A stretch of 60,401 nt of DNA from Proteobacteria bacterium CAG:495. GTDB taxonomy: Bacteria; Pseudomonadota; Alphaproteobacteria; RF32; CAG-239. Location: contig HF995323.1 in NCBI GenBank assembly GCA_000432275.1, positions 121,957 to 182,357 of the forward strand, read 5' to 3'. A model generated the notes under the pieces. The model had not been told where the DNA came from. It was given only the letters and a program-made list of their open reading frames with translations, and did not search any database. Below, in pieces: positions 26,928 through 36,500 of this stretch (within the stretch, counting starts at the first letter, position 1; every line of letters starts with the position of its first letter). A program made the position numbers and the translations under genes.

Positions 26928-28349
26928 TTAGTCTCTTCCCTTAAAACTGCCAATGCTCACACTGACCAGCTTATCCTTATTAAAATACTTACGGGCAGCG
27001 TTGTTAACTTGTTCCTGCGTTACCTGCTGCACATAATCGTTTCTTTTTTGCAAAAAATCCAGTCCTAAATTATATTTTTGCATGGCGGTTAAAATGTCCG
27101 CAATGCTCGCAATCGAAGCAAAACGCAAATTATACGAAGCCACCAGATAATCCTTGGCCTGGGCAAGCTCTTCCGCAGAAACGCCGTTCTTGCCGAAATT
27201 CTGCCACTGTTCCGCAAACAGCTCTTCTGCGCGAGCATATTTGTCGGCTGTTGATGAAAAGCTGGCCATAATCACCGGAGCTTTGTCATCCAAAACCAGA
27301 TAGGAATAAACCCCGTAAGTCAGCCCTTCCTTTTCCCTGATGGCTTGAGACAACCGCGAACTCAGTCCGGAACCGCCCAGAATATGGTTGGCCACAAACA
27401 ACGGATAAAAATCCTCATGGTTGCGTCCGACGCCCGCAGCCGCCTTCATCACAATATTCTGTCCCGCCGGCATCTCGATTGTTCTGCTTCTTCCGTTAAA
27501 GTCAAGCTCCGCCTCACGTACAAAATTCACGCGACCGCTCTCTGCCAAAACACCGAACACGCTGTCCAGCATCTGCTCGGCCTCAAACGGGGTAATGTCG
27601 CCGGCTATTCCGACCAAGAGATTTTGCCGGCTGAAATAATCCGCCATAAAAACCTGCAGTTTTCCCTTGTCGACTTTGAGGATGTTTTCCGCAACGCCGA
27701 TGGGGTTGCGTGCATAAGGATGCTTTCCGTACAATTCTTTGGAAAATTCCAGTCCCAGAATGCTGCCCGGATGCTCTTTCTGCCGTTTCAGACTTTCCAG
27801 AAGCTCGGCCTGAACCCGGCGAATGTCATCCGCGTCAAAACGCGGCTCGCTCAAAGCGAGACGCAGCAGCTCATAGGCCTTCTTCTGATTGTCTTTGGTC
27901 GTCAGAAGCGCCCCGCTGAAATCGTCTTTGCCCGCAGAAAAGGAAATCCCTATTGCGTTGCTCTCCATTTCTTCCTTAAAGGCCTGGCTGTCCAAATCTC
28001 CTGCGCCATCCGTCAACAACGAAGCCATCATATTCGCAATCCCCTGTTCATTGGGGTTATCGCTTGCATAACCGGCGTTTTTAAATAAAAAGCTCACGCT
28101 GATAATCGGATTGCTTTTGTCCTCAAGCAAATAAGCCTGTATCCCGTATTTTGGGGAACGGATTTCCTGAACCGGAATAGAAAAACTGCGATTGTTCAAA
28201 ACCGAATTTTCAACCAGCTCCTGAGGATGAAATACCATTTTCTTTTGATAAAAATAGTATAATCCGGCACCGACAAGCAACAATGCCAGCAATACTTTAA
28301 AACCGCAGTTCGAAGATTTGCGACTGTACAACGGACGATGTCCCATCAC
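26928..28349 (-). CDS. M16 family peptidase, non-catalytic-type partner subunit
   Basis: 473 aa with an N-terminal TM/signal segment and the M16 fold pattern. No HxxEH zinc motif is visible. 4-nt overlap with the upstream M16 gene. Confidence 0.8.
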   Translation of the reverse strand: MMGHRPLYSRKSSNCGFKVLLALLLVGAGLYYFYQKKMVFHPQELVENSVLNNRSFSIPVQEIRSPKYGIQAYLLEDKSNPIISVSFLFKNAGYASDNPNEQGIANMMASLLTDGAGDLDSQAFKEEMESNAIGISFSAGKDDFSGALLTTKDNQKKAYELLRLALSEPRFDADDIRRVQAELLESLKRQKEHPGSILGLEFSKELYGKHPYARNPIGVAENILKVDKGKLQVFMADYFSRQNLLVGIAGDITPFEAEQMLDSVFGVLAESGRVNFVREAELDFNGRSRTIEMPAGQNIVMKAAAGVGRNHEDFYPLFVANHILGGSGLSSRLSQAIREKEGLTYGVYSYLVLDDKAPVIMASFSSTADKYARAEELFAEQWQNFGKNGVSAEELAQAKDYLVASYNLRFASIASIADILTAMQKYNLGLDFLQKRNDYVQQVTQEQVNNAARKYFNKDKLVSVSIGSFKGRD

Positions 28350-29683
28350 CGGCCTCCTTTCTTTTCCGGACGCAAAATACCGGTAATCTGAGCAGATTCT
28401 TCCGTAAGCTTCTGTGCCGCCTTGCGAACGTCAGCCAGCTTTACGGCTCTGATTTTTTCTTCCTGAGCCTCAATTTCCTGCAACGGCATACCGATAACGG
28501 CCAAAGAACCCGCAATGTTTGCCGCATCATTAGGATTGTCTTTCAAATAAACCAACCCCGCCAGCATTTTCTGCTTAACTTTTTCCAGCTCGGCATTATC
28601 CAGCTGAACCAAAGCTTCTGCCCAGGCTGCGTCAACCGCTTCAAGCAGTTCCTCCGGCGACACCCCTTCTTGCGGAATGGCAGAAATCGTGAAAGTTCCG
28701 TAACTTCTCGCTGCCGGATCATATGCCGTGCCGACCGTCAGCGCCTTGCGGTCCTCAAGAACCAGCTTTTTATAAAGCTTCGAAGTCTCCCCTTCTCCCA
28801 TATAAGCTGACAAGACGCTCAAAGCATAAATATATTCTGGTGCCGTATTATATGACGGAGCCGCAAAATTACGGCTGACGCGAACACCTTTAATCTGAGG
28901 CCTGGACATCTCAATTCTCGAACGCTGGCTTTCTTCAAGCTTCGGCATTTCCAAACGTTCGGGCGTTTCTCTTCTTTTCAGCTTGCCGTAATATTTTTCC
29001 GCCAGCAGTTTTGCCGTTTTAACGTCTATGTCGCCGGATAACACCAAAACGGCATTGTTGGGAGCATAAAATTTGTTATAAAAGGCTTCAACGTCTTCTT
29101 TGGTCAACGCTAAAATTTCTTCCGGCATACCGGTTACCGGACGGGCATACGGATGGTCCAGCCACAGGCTGCGGCGCAAAGCCTCGCCGAAATAAGCCGC
29201 GGGATTGTTGTCAATCCGCTGTTTGCGCTCCTGAAATACAATATCGCGTTCCAAAGCAAAATCTTTGTCGCTGATTTCCAGATTCTGCATCCGGTCAGCT
29301 TCCAAAAACATTGCCAGCTCCAACCGGCTGATGTCCAATCCCTGATGATAGGCCGTCATGTCCGTACTGGTAAAAGCGTTGCTCTCGGCGCCGTTAGCTT
29401 CCATAATTTCATTAAAACGGTTGCCTTTGATTTTTCTGGTGCCGCGAAACATCAAATGCTCAAGCAAATGAGCCTCACCGCCTTTTCCCAACGGTTCGTC
29501 AATGCTTCCGGCCTTATACCAAACCATATGCTTAACTATCGGAGCACGGTGATTGGGTATAACAATCACCCTCAAACCGTTGTCCAGATAAAACTCTTCT
29601 CCATTAAACAACTTTGCTTGCGCGGAATTTCCAAACGCAAGCATCGTCAACAGGAACAATATGTTAATTAACTTCTTTTGCAT
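28346..29683 (-). CDS. M16 family zinc peptidase (insulinase/pitrilysin-like), catalytic-type subunit
   Basis: 445 aa. Signal peptide MQKKLINILFLLTMLAFGNSAQA and inverted zinc motif HLLEHLMFRGT. Confidence 0.85.
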   Translation of the reverse strand: MQKKLINILFLLTMLAFGNSAQAKLFNGEEFYLDNGLRVIVIPNHRAPIVKHMVWYKAGSIDEPLGKGGEAHLLEHLMFRGTRKIKGNRFNEIMEANGAESNAFTSTDMTAYHQGLDISRLELAMFLEADRMQNLEISDKDFALERDIVFQERKQRIDNNPAAYFGEALRRSLWLDHPYARPVTGMPEEILALTKEDVEAFYNKFYAPNNAVLVLSGDIDVKTAKLLAEKYYGKLKRRETPERLEMPKLEESQRSRIEMSRPQIKGVRVSRNFAAPSYNTAPEYIYALSVLSAYMGEGETSKLYKKLVLEDRKALTVGTAYDPAARSYGTFTISAIPQEGVSPEELLEAVDAAWAEALVQLDNAELEKVKQKMLAGLVYLKDNPNDAANIAGSLAVIGMPLQEIEAQEEKIRAVKLADVRKAAQKLTEESAQITGILRPEKKGGR

Positions 29684-29689
29684 GTATGC

Positions 29690-29947
29690 CTAATTTTTGC
29701 TTTCCAGTTGTGAAATCAAACCTTGTTCCGCTTCCGATAACCCGGCGCTGTTGTCTTCCTCGGGCTGAGGATCGACGACCGGCCTCAAGTCATATTCCGG
29801 CGGCAGTGACAGCGGAGCCCGCGGTACGACCAAAAATTCGTTCGGAGCCTTCTTCGTCAGCCCAAGCTTTTCTTTGGTAGCGGTAGAACATGCTGCCAAA
29901 GCCATACAGGCAGCGCTTAGTCCAAGAATAAACAGTTTATTCATCAC
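29690..29947 (-). CDS. small lipoprotein, DUF3035-like
   Basis: 85 aa. Lipobox LSAACMALAAC|S, then KKAPNEFLVVPRAPLSLPPEYDLRP. It overlaps the lspA stop by 4 nt, a usual neighbourhood in alphaproteobacteria. Confidence 0.6.
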   Translation of the reverse strand: MMNKLFILGLSAACMALAACSTATKEKLGLTKKAPNEFLVVPRAPLSLPPEYDLRPVVDPQPEEDNSAGLSEAEQGLISQLESKN

Positions 29948-30417
29948 TTCACCTCGTTTTTCTTCACTACATTAAATAAACTCTGCATAATCAATATTGT
30001 AGCCCCGATGCAGATAAAACTGTCGGCAACATTGAAAGCCGGCCAGTGGCTTTCGCCGATGTGAAAGTCCAAAAAGTCAAAAACCGCCCCCAGACGAATA
30101 CGGTCGATAACGTTTCCGACGGCGCCGCCGATAATCATTCCCAGAGCAACCTGTGCCAGCTTGTCCTTTTCCTGATACAGCCAATATACCAAAAACACAA
30201 CTATCACCCCGGCAATAACGGAAAGCAAAATTGCCCCCAAATTGCCGTAATTGTTAAACATTGAAAAACTGACCCCGGTATTCCAGGCGCGAACGACGTT
30301 AAAAAACGGCGCATATACAATCATCGCCTGCTCGCCCAGCAAATGGTTCAAAACCCAGAACTTGCTCAACTGATCGGCTACAATAACGACTGCAGCAATA
30401 ATTAAACCCGATAACAC
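29944..30417 (-). CDS. lspA: lipoprotein signal peptidase II
   Basis: 157 aa with four hydrophobic segments. Motifs WNTGVSFS and FNVADSFICIG. Confidence 0.9.
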   Translation of the reverse strand: MLSGLIIAAVVIVADQLSKFWVLNHLLGEQAMIVYAPFFNVVRAWNTGVSFSMFNNYGNLGAILLSVIAGVIVVFLVYWLYQEKDKLAQVALGMIIGGAVGNVIDRIRLGAVFDFLDFHIGESHWPAFNVADSFICIGATILIMQSLFNVVKKNEVK

Positions 30418-30521
30418 TTAAATTTTCTCCGTATTTATCCAAATTACCTGCATTATAAACCATAATCGGCAAATAAAAAGCCTAATATCGCAGATATACA
30501 GATGTTTTAATCTCTTGCGCC

Positions 30522-31949
30522 TCAAAACAACAGCAGTTTGGCCAGTCCCAAAAAGACAAAGAAACCGCCGGAGTCTGTAATTGCAATCAGGAAAACCCCC
30601 GAAGATATCGCCGGGTCGGCCTTCAGACGGTTAAGCGTCAACGGTACCAAAATTCCGGCCAGACTGGCTATGGTAAGCTCAATAAACATGGCTATGGCAA
30701 TAATGACGCTGATCATAATATACTGTGGAAACAACAGATGGGTAATAAGTCCGATTAGTCCGGCAAACAACATTCCGTTTGTAAAACCGACTAAAAACTC
30801 CTTGACAATCATCCGGATTGTATTGCGGGAAGTCAGCTCCTTGGTTGCCAGTGCACGAACCACCACTGCCAACGTCTGGTTTCCCGTTGTTCCGCCCATT
30901 GAAGCAACAATCGGCATCAACACCGCCAAAACCGAAACCTGGGCTATTACGTCCTGAAAGTTGCGCACCACCGTGGAAGCCACCAGCGTCGCACCCAAAT
31001 TGGTTATCAGCCAGGCCACCCGGGACTTGAAAATCGAAAAAACCGATTTGTATACGTCGCCTTCCTCGGCACCGGACAAGTGCATAATGTCCTCGGAGGC
31101 TTCCTCGTGAATAACATCAACTACGTCGTCAATCAGAATAACACCGACCAAATGTCCTCTGGCGTCAACCACCATAGCCGACATCCAGCCGTATTCTCTG
31201 AACATATGGGCGACTTCCTCCTGATCCGTCATCACGTCAATCGGAACAATTTCGCCGTCCATAACGTCAAATAACTTTTGCGACGGTTTGGCCCGCAGCA
31301 ATTTGTCCAGAGCAATCTGCCCGGTCGGATGAAATTTGTCGTCTGTCAGAAAGATATCGTAAAAATCTTCCGGCAATTCTTCGTTTTTCAACAGATATTC
31401 TTTGGCTTCCTTTACCGTCCACCAGTCCGGCATACTCACAAACTCGCGTGACATGATACGGCCGGCGGAATCCTCGGGATATCCCAAAGAAGACTGAACC
31501 TGATATTTCAGTTCCGGATCGAGCTGCTTGATGATGCTTTCCTGCTCAGCTTCATCCATATGCTCCAAAATTTCGACGACTTCGTCGGAATCCAACTCAT
31601 TGGCAATTTTAACGATTTGCGGCTCGTTCAAACTCTCAATGACCTGTTCCTGAACCACGTCGTTCAGTTCGGGAAAAACGTCCGGATTGATTTTATCGCC
31701 CAGAATTTCAATCAACTGTCTTCGGGAGTTCAGATCCAAAGCCTCAATCAAATCGGCCAGGTCATACTCGGACAACCCTTCGACGATTTTACGAACATGG
31801 ATGTCATCGCCTTCTTTGAGAGCAATGTTGATGGAATCTATCATTTTCGGTCCCAAACCCAGTTGGTAACCGTCGAGACAAGATAAAGTTTTCTTCTTTT
31901 TTTTGAGTTTAGCCTTGGGAAGCAGGTCGCGTTTAAATCTTTTGCTCAT
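30522..31949 (-). CDS. mgtE: magnesium transporter MgtE
   Basis: 475 aa. MgtE N-domain, a CBS pair, and a C-terminal 5-TM domain with GGTTGNQ and ITDSGGFFVFLG motifs. Confidence 0.95.
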   Translation of the reverse strand: MSKRFKRDLLPKAKLKKKKKTLSCLDGYQLGLGPKMIDSINIALKEGDDIHVRKIVEGLSEYDLADLIEALDLNSRRQLIEILGDKINPDVFPELNDVVQEQVIESLNEPQIVKIANELDSDEVVEILEHMDEAEQESIIKQLDPELKYQVQSSLGYPEDSAGRIMSREFVSMPDWWTVKEAKEYLLKNEELPEDFYDIFLTDDKFHPTGQIALDKLLRAKPSQKLFDVMDGEIVPIDVMTDQEEVAHMFREYGWMSAMVVDARGHLVGVILIDDVVDVIHEEASEDIMHLSGAEEGDVYKSVFSIFKSRVAWLITNLGATLVASTVVRNFQDVIAQVSVLAVLMPIVASMGGTTGNQTLAVVVRALATKELTSRNTIRMIVKEFLVGFTNGMLFAGLIGLITHLLFPQYIMISVIIAIAMFIELTIASLAGILVPLTLNRLKADPAISSGVFLIAITDSGGFFVFLGLAKLLLF

Positions 31950-32077
31950 AAATCCCCTCCCTTAATTACCGGCTATTGAGAATGGCTATTCAAATGAATA
32001 GGAATCAGAATATGATATAGTCTAAAATGCCAAGCATCTCCACATACACAAAAAGCTTTATTCGGGCAATTCAAAAG

Positions 32078-32164
32078 TGGTGCGGCCAAAAGGACTTGAA
32101 CCTTCACGGGAGTGCTCCCACAACCACCTCAAGGTTGCGCGTCTACCAATTCCGCCATGGCCGC
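32078..32164 (-). tRNA. tRNA-Leu (anticodon GAG), class II
   Basis: The reverse complement is GCGGCCATGGCGGAATTGGTAGACGCGCAACCTTGAGGTGGTTGTGGGAGCACTCCCGTGAAGGTTCAAGTCCTTTTGGCCGCACCA. Anticodon stem CAACC/GGTTG, loop TTGAGGT, long variable arm, encoded CCA. Confidence 0.95.
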
Positions 32165-32269
32165 ATATTGCCAATAAAGCTGTGCTTAGATTTATAGCAC
32201 AATCCAAAAATAATCAAGCATTTTTTTCAGGATTTGTGAAAAAATTTTCCGCTGTCCCGCCGGCTGTCG

Positions 32270-32296
32270 AAAAAAGGCGCTTTGCAACGCCTTTTT
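32270..32296 (-). terminator. rho-independent terminator downstream of the DUF502 gene
   Basis: On the minus strand, AAGGCGttgcaaagCGCCTT is followed by TTTT. It lies 14 nt beyond the stop at 32310. Confidence 0.5.
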
Positions 32297-32309
32297 CATC
32301 CTGTGGACA

Positions 32310-33017
32310 CTATCTTCTTTTGTTCTTTTTCAGCTGATCCGGCTCAACCAAACCGCCGGATATGACAAACTTGATTCCGTCCTCCACTTTCATATCCAGC
32401 TCTATCGTGTCTTCCTTGGGTACAAAAATCAAAAAACCGGAAGTCGGGTTCGGCGTCGTCGGAATAAAAACATTCAGCATCTCACGGTCAAACCTATCCC
32501 TTACCTCGCCTCTGAGCTCTGAACTCACAAAGCCTAAAATCCAGATTCCCTTGCGCGGATACTCCAGCATAACAACCTTGCTAAAAGCTTGTGTTTTACT
32601 TGAGAAAAATGTTTCAAATATTTGTTTTAGAACAGAATATACGCTCGAAACCAAAGGTACTTTATAAACAATCCATTCTCCCAGACGCAGGAAGAAACTG
32701 CCCAAAAACCCAGCGGCAAACATCCCTACCAACGTCAGAGCCACGATTAAAATAACCAAACCCAGCCCCGGAATTGTAAACGGCAGATAATTGTCCAGCT
32801 GATATTGCGGCGGAATAAGCTGATTGACAAAACGGTCAACCCACAGAATAAACTTATATGCCATATAAAAAGTAATCGCGACCGGCGCCGTGACCAAAAT
32901 ACCGGTAAACAGATAAGCGCGAAGCTTTCCGCCCAGTTTCATAAAAACGGCCTTCTCTCGTTCCAAACGAATTCTTTTAATGTTCAGTGCCCGCTTTTTT
33001 ACTTCTTCATCAGCCAT
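32310..33017 (-). CDS. DUF502 family membrane protein
   Basis: 235 aa. TM segments followed by the characteristic FIPTTPNPTSGFLIFVP motif. Confidence 0.75.
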   Translation of the reverse strand: MADEEVKKRALNIKRIRLEREKAVFMKLGGKLRAYLFTGILVTAPVAITFYMAYKFILWVDRFVNQLIPPQYQLDNYLPFTIPGLGLVILIVALTLVGMFAAGFLGSFFLRLGEWIVYKVPLVSSVYSVLKQIFETFFSSKTQAFSKVVMLEYPRKGIWILGFVSSELRGEVRDRFDREMLNVFIPTTPNPTSGFLIFVPKEDTIELDMKVEDGIKFVISGGLVEPDQLKKNKRR

Positions 33018-33071
33018 ATTTTTTCCCTTTTGTCCTGTTTATAACCCCACATAAACCGCTTTATCCTGCCA

Positions 33072-34844
33072 TTATGCGCATTTTCTGACGTCGTCGATAA
33101 TAAACTGTACCGAATTTCGCCCGCCCCAGGTATCTTTGCGCAAAACGCCCACAACGTCAAAGGCTTCGCCTCTCGACTTCAGCAGCGCCTGGCCGATTTC
33201 GTTATCGGCGGAGCGGAACGCCATCGCTTTCAGATTTCCGCCGTTGTCTGACGTCAATACACAACGGACATGTCCGACCCCTACCAACCCGGGCTTAACC
33301 ACTTTGACGTTTTTTAACATCAGCTTAGGCTCGCTGTTACCGGCGCCGAACGGTTCCAGCTTTTCCAGACAATCAGCCAGTTCAATGCTTGCTCCCGCCG
33401 CATCCAGGGTCGCATCAATGTCTATCACCGGGGTAATAGCCTCCCCGCCGATTTTATCAACCACATATTTACCGACAAAATCGCGGAATTCCTCAATTTT
33501 ATCTTCATTCAGCGAAAAACCCGCCGCCATGGTATGACCGCCGCCTTTGGTCAGGATTCCTTTTTCCTTGGCGGCAATAATCAAAGCGCCCAAATCGACT
33601 TGAGGAATAGAACGGGCCGAACCTTTGACCTCGTCGCTTTCAATCGACATCACAAAGGACGGAACGTTATAACGCTCTTTAAGCTTGCCCGCCACAATGC
33701 CGATAACGCCCTGATGCCAGTCCCTCCCGTATACGAACGCAATTGGATAAGTCTGTGGCGTTCCCTCCAGCGTTTCTATCGCCGAAAGCATAACATAAGC
33801 CTCAATATCTTTACGCTGAATGTTAAATTCATTAAGCTTATCGGCCATCAGCTCGGCCTGATAGCCGTCTTTGGTACATAACAATTTATGTCCCATATGC
33901 GCTTCGCCCACACGGCCGCAGGCGTTAATACGCGGTCCCAAAACATACCCGAGATGAAAAGCCGACGGTGCGCTGGTAATGCCGGCCTTGTCAATCAAAG
34001 CCGTCAAGCCGAGATTATTCCGGTTGCCCATAATTTTGAGCCCCTGCCGGACATAAGCCCGGTTCAAACCCTTAAGCGGCACCACGTCGCACACGGTTCC
34101 CAATGCCACCAAATCAAGCCACTGCATCAAATTCGGCTCCTGCCGCTCTGCCGTATAAAACGCCGCGGCACGGAGTTCGCGGTTAATTGCGACGATTGTC
34201 ATAAAAACAACTCCGACGGCCGCCATGTAACGCAAATAAGGATAAGTGTTGTCTTCATCCAAACGCTTGGGATTAACCACCGCAAAAATTTTGGGCAGTC
34301 GAACTTCCGCTTCGTGATGGTCAATGACAATAACGTCCATTCCCTGCTCTGCGGCATATTCCAAAACATCGAATGCGGTCGTCCCGCAGTCAACCGTAAT
34401 CAGCAGTTCCGCTCCCTGAGCCTTAAAGTCGTCAACCGCCTGCGTACTGGGCCCGTAGCCTTCATCCCGTTCGGGAATATGAATTTCCGGCATACAGCCA
34501 ACCGATTCCAAAAACAGCTTCAATACTGACGAAGATGTTGCGCCGTCAACGTCATAATCGCCGATAACCGCAACTTTTTGCTGTTTAACAATCGCTTCGG
34601 CAATCCGTTTGGCTGCCTTTTCCATATCCTTCAACACAAACGGATTCGGCATCAGATTTTGAATCTTCGGGTCAATAAAACCGGCCACCTCGTCAACGCT
34701 CACGCCGCGCAACGTCAGTATTCGCGCCACAATATACGGCAGATTGTACTTTTGAACAATCAATTCCGCCGCGCGTTCGTCCGCTTCAGCCGTCTTCCAC
34801 AAATTTCCGCCCAGAGATTTTATATTGTCTGTTTGGTTGTCCAT
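33072..34844 (-). CDS. recJ: single-stranded-DNA-specific exonuclease RecJ
   Basis: 590 aa. DHH motifs VAVIGDYDVDGATS and VIVIDHHEA, and the DHHA1 motif GGGHTMAAGFS. Confidence 0.95.
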   Translation of the reverse strand: MDNQTDNIKSLGGNLWKTAEADERAAELIVQKYNLPYIVARILTLRGVSVDEVAGFIDPKIQNLMPNPFVLKDMEKAAKRIAEAIVKQQKVAVIGDYDVDGATSSSVLKLFLESVGCMPEIHIPERDEGYGPSTQAVDDFKAQGAELLITVDCGTTAFDVLEYAAEQGMDVIVIDHHEAEVRLPKIFAVVNPKRLDEDNTYPYLRYMAAVGVVFMTIVAINRELRAAAFYTAERQEPNLMQWLDLVALGTVCDVVPLKGLNRAYVRQGLKIMGNRNNLGLTALIDKAGITSAPSAFHLGYVLGPRINACGRVGEAHMGHKLLCTKDGYQAELMADKLNEFNIQRKDIEAYVMLSAIETLEGTPQTYPIAFVYGRDWHQGVIGIVAGKLKERYNVPSFVMSIESDEVKGSARSIPQVDLGALIIAAKEKGILTKGGGHTMAAGFSLNEDKIEEFRDFVGKYVVDKIGGEAITPVIDIDATLDAAGASIELADCLEKLEPFGAGNSEPKLMLKNVKVVKPGLVGVGHVRCVLTSDNGGNLKAMAFRSADNEIGQALLKSRGEAFDVVGVLRKDTWGGRNSVQFIIDDVRKCA

Positions 34845-34983
34845 AATTCTCTCTTTTTCTGTTACCTGATATACAAAAAACGCGAAACGTCGAAACCCCG
34901 GTATGCCTCAAGGGCACAGTAAGTCTCAAATACCGCCTCGCGTTTCGAATTGCCTCATTCAAACCAGACTCAGCACTTTTGGC

Positions 34984-35748
34984 TTAGTAGGAGATATAAA
35001 CCTCAGCTCGTCTGTTCAAACGCTCGCCTTCCGGCATAACTTCCAAATAAGCGGGAGCCGTGTCGGAAAGTGCTTCAACCGTAATTCTCGAAGCCGGCAG
35101 CCCTGCCCGTCTCAATGCGGCCGCGACGCTCTCGGCCCGAGCCAGCGAAACCCTGAAGTTTGCCATTTTATGGCTGACCACATCAGTATTGCGGGTTCTG
35201 CTCGAAGCATAACCGTACACGGTAACCGTAGCGTTGTTAGCCTTGGCTTCTTTAACGATTTTACGAATATTGCCGTTATACTCGCTGTCCAAAACCGAAC
35301 TTCCGTCGGCAAAATAAAACGTATCCAAACGATAGCTGACGCTGGGAGCGCTGCTTTCCGTCAGGATGCTCATATCGGAAACGGAAACTGCGGGAGTTTC
35401 GGCAGCTTTCGCCGTCTTGCCGCTTTCCTGCTTCGGAGCAGTTTTTTCTTCGCTCAAAACCGGTTTGGTTTCAACGGCGGCAACGCTCTCGTCTTTTTCA
35501 ATAATCTGCTCTACACTGTCATTAGCCGGAGTTTCTGACTCTTCTTCGCCTTCGTAAGCCCTGTTCGCTTCGTCGGCTTTAAGGCTGTTTCCTTCTTTAG
35601 GCAGGGTTCTGACCACACGGCCGCCTTCGCCGACCGTAATTTCCTCTTCGTCCTCAATCTCCGGAAAAACGGCATTTGCACAGGCATTCAGAAGCAGAAC
35701 CGCACTGCAGATTCCGCACAAAACACTTACTTTCTTAAGCAAAAACAT
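34984..35748 (-). CDS. OmpA-family peptidoglycan-binding lipoprotein
   Basis: 254 aa. Lipobox-like LLLNAC, an acidic linker, and a C-terminal OmpA-like domain TVYGYASSRT...NFRVSLARAESVAAALRRAGLP...NRRAEVYI. Confidence 0.8.
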   Translation of the reverse strand: MFLLKKVSVLCGICSAVLLLNACANAVFPEIEDEEEITVGEGGRVVRTLPKEGNSLKADEANRAYEGEEESETPANDSVEQIIEKDESVAAVETKPVLSEEKTAPKQESGKTAKAAETPAVSVSDMSILTESSAPSVSYRLDTFYFADGSSVLDSEYNGNIRKIVKEAKANNATVTVYGYASSRTRNTDVVSHKMANFRVSLARAESVAAALRRAGLPASRITVEALSDTAPAYLEVMPEGERLNRRAEVYISY

Positions 35749-35933
35749 CGACTATTCCCTATAAAACTAGTAATTCTTTTGCTTGAAGATATTATATTTA
35801 TCCCTATAACACAAGAGCAAAAACAGACTTTTAAGCAAATTAATTATGGTTGATTATTTATGAATATTTATTTGTAATTATCCGCACATATATTATAATG
35901 CAGATAGTTTTTACAATTTCTGAGGAAAAAGCA

Positions 35934-36500
35934 ATGTCTGTACCCGCAGTAAATTCAGCTCTGGATGTCGCCAATTGGTTTTTCAAACAGGCTGAACGGG
36001 AAGAAATTTACCTCGAAAACGAAAAAGTCCAGCACTTGCTGTTTCTGGCACAGGTTCACTACGCTTTGCTCAATAACAAAGACTACCTGAGCCCGAGCCT
36101 GTTCATCTGCGACGACAACGGTTTTACCGAGCCCAATCTGGCCAAAACCCTCTCCTTCGGACGGCCGTTGATGAACCGTCCGGATTTTCCGACCCAGTTA
36201 AACAGCTTTTTGACTCTGATTTGGAAAAAATATTCGCCGTTAAGCATCCGGGATCTTTCTTCTTTCATCAAGAACTCCCCGACTTACCTTGACAACTACC
36301 GGATGGGGCAAAAAAACATTGTCGACGTGACATCCGATTCCGCCCAGTTCAAAAACCACCTGACCCCGGCCAAATTCAGCCAGGCAGAAGACGGTCCCCT
36401 CAAAAAAGTTCTGATTTCACAAAACGGTCCTGTCGTCGTATCCAAATGGCAGCCCCGTAAACTTAACTCCCATAAACCTAAGGAGAATTTTAATGTTTAA
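35934..36500 (+). CDS. Panacea/DUF4065 (SocA/GepA-like) domain protein
   Basis: The start is taken at ATG 35934, with a GAGGA Shine-Dalgarno upstream. ALDVANWFFKQA....KVQHLLFLAQVHYALLNNKDYL...FICDDNGFTEPNL....LTLIWKKYSPLSIRDLSSFIKNSPTY follows the DUF4065 pattern, with divergence at the usual W..GPV positions. Confidence 0.45.
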   Translation: MSVPAVNSALDVANWFFKQAEREEIYLENEKVQHLLFLAQVHYALLNNKDYLSPSLFICDDNGFTEPNLAKTLSFGRPLMNRPDFPTQLNSFLTLIWKKYSPLSIRDLSSFIKNSPTYLDNYRMGQKNIVDVTSDSAQFKNHLTPAKFSQAEDGPLKKVLISQNGPVVVSKWQPRKLNSHKPKENFNV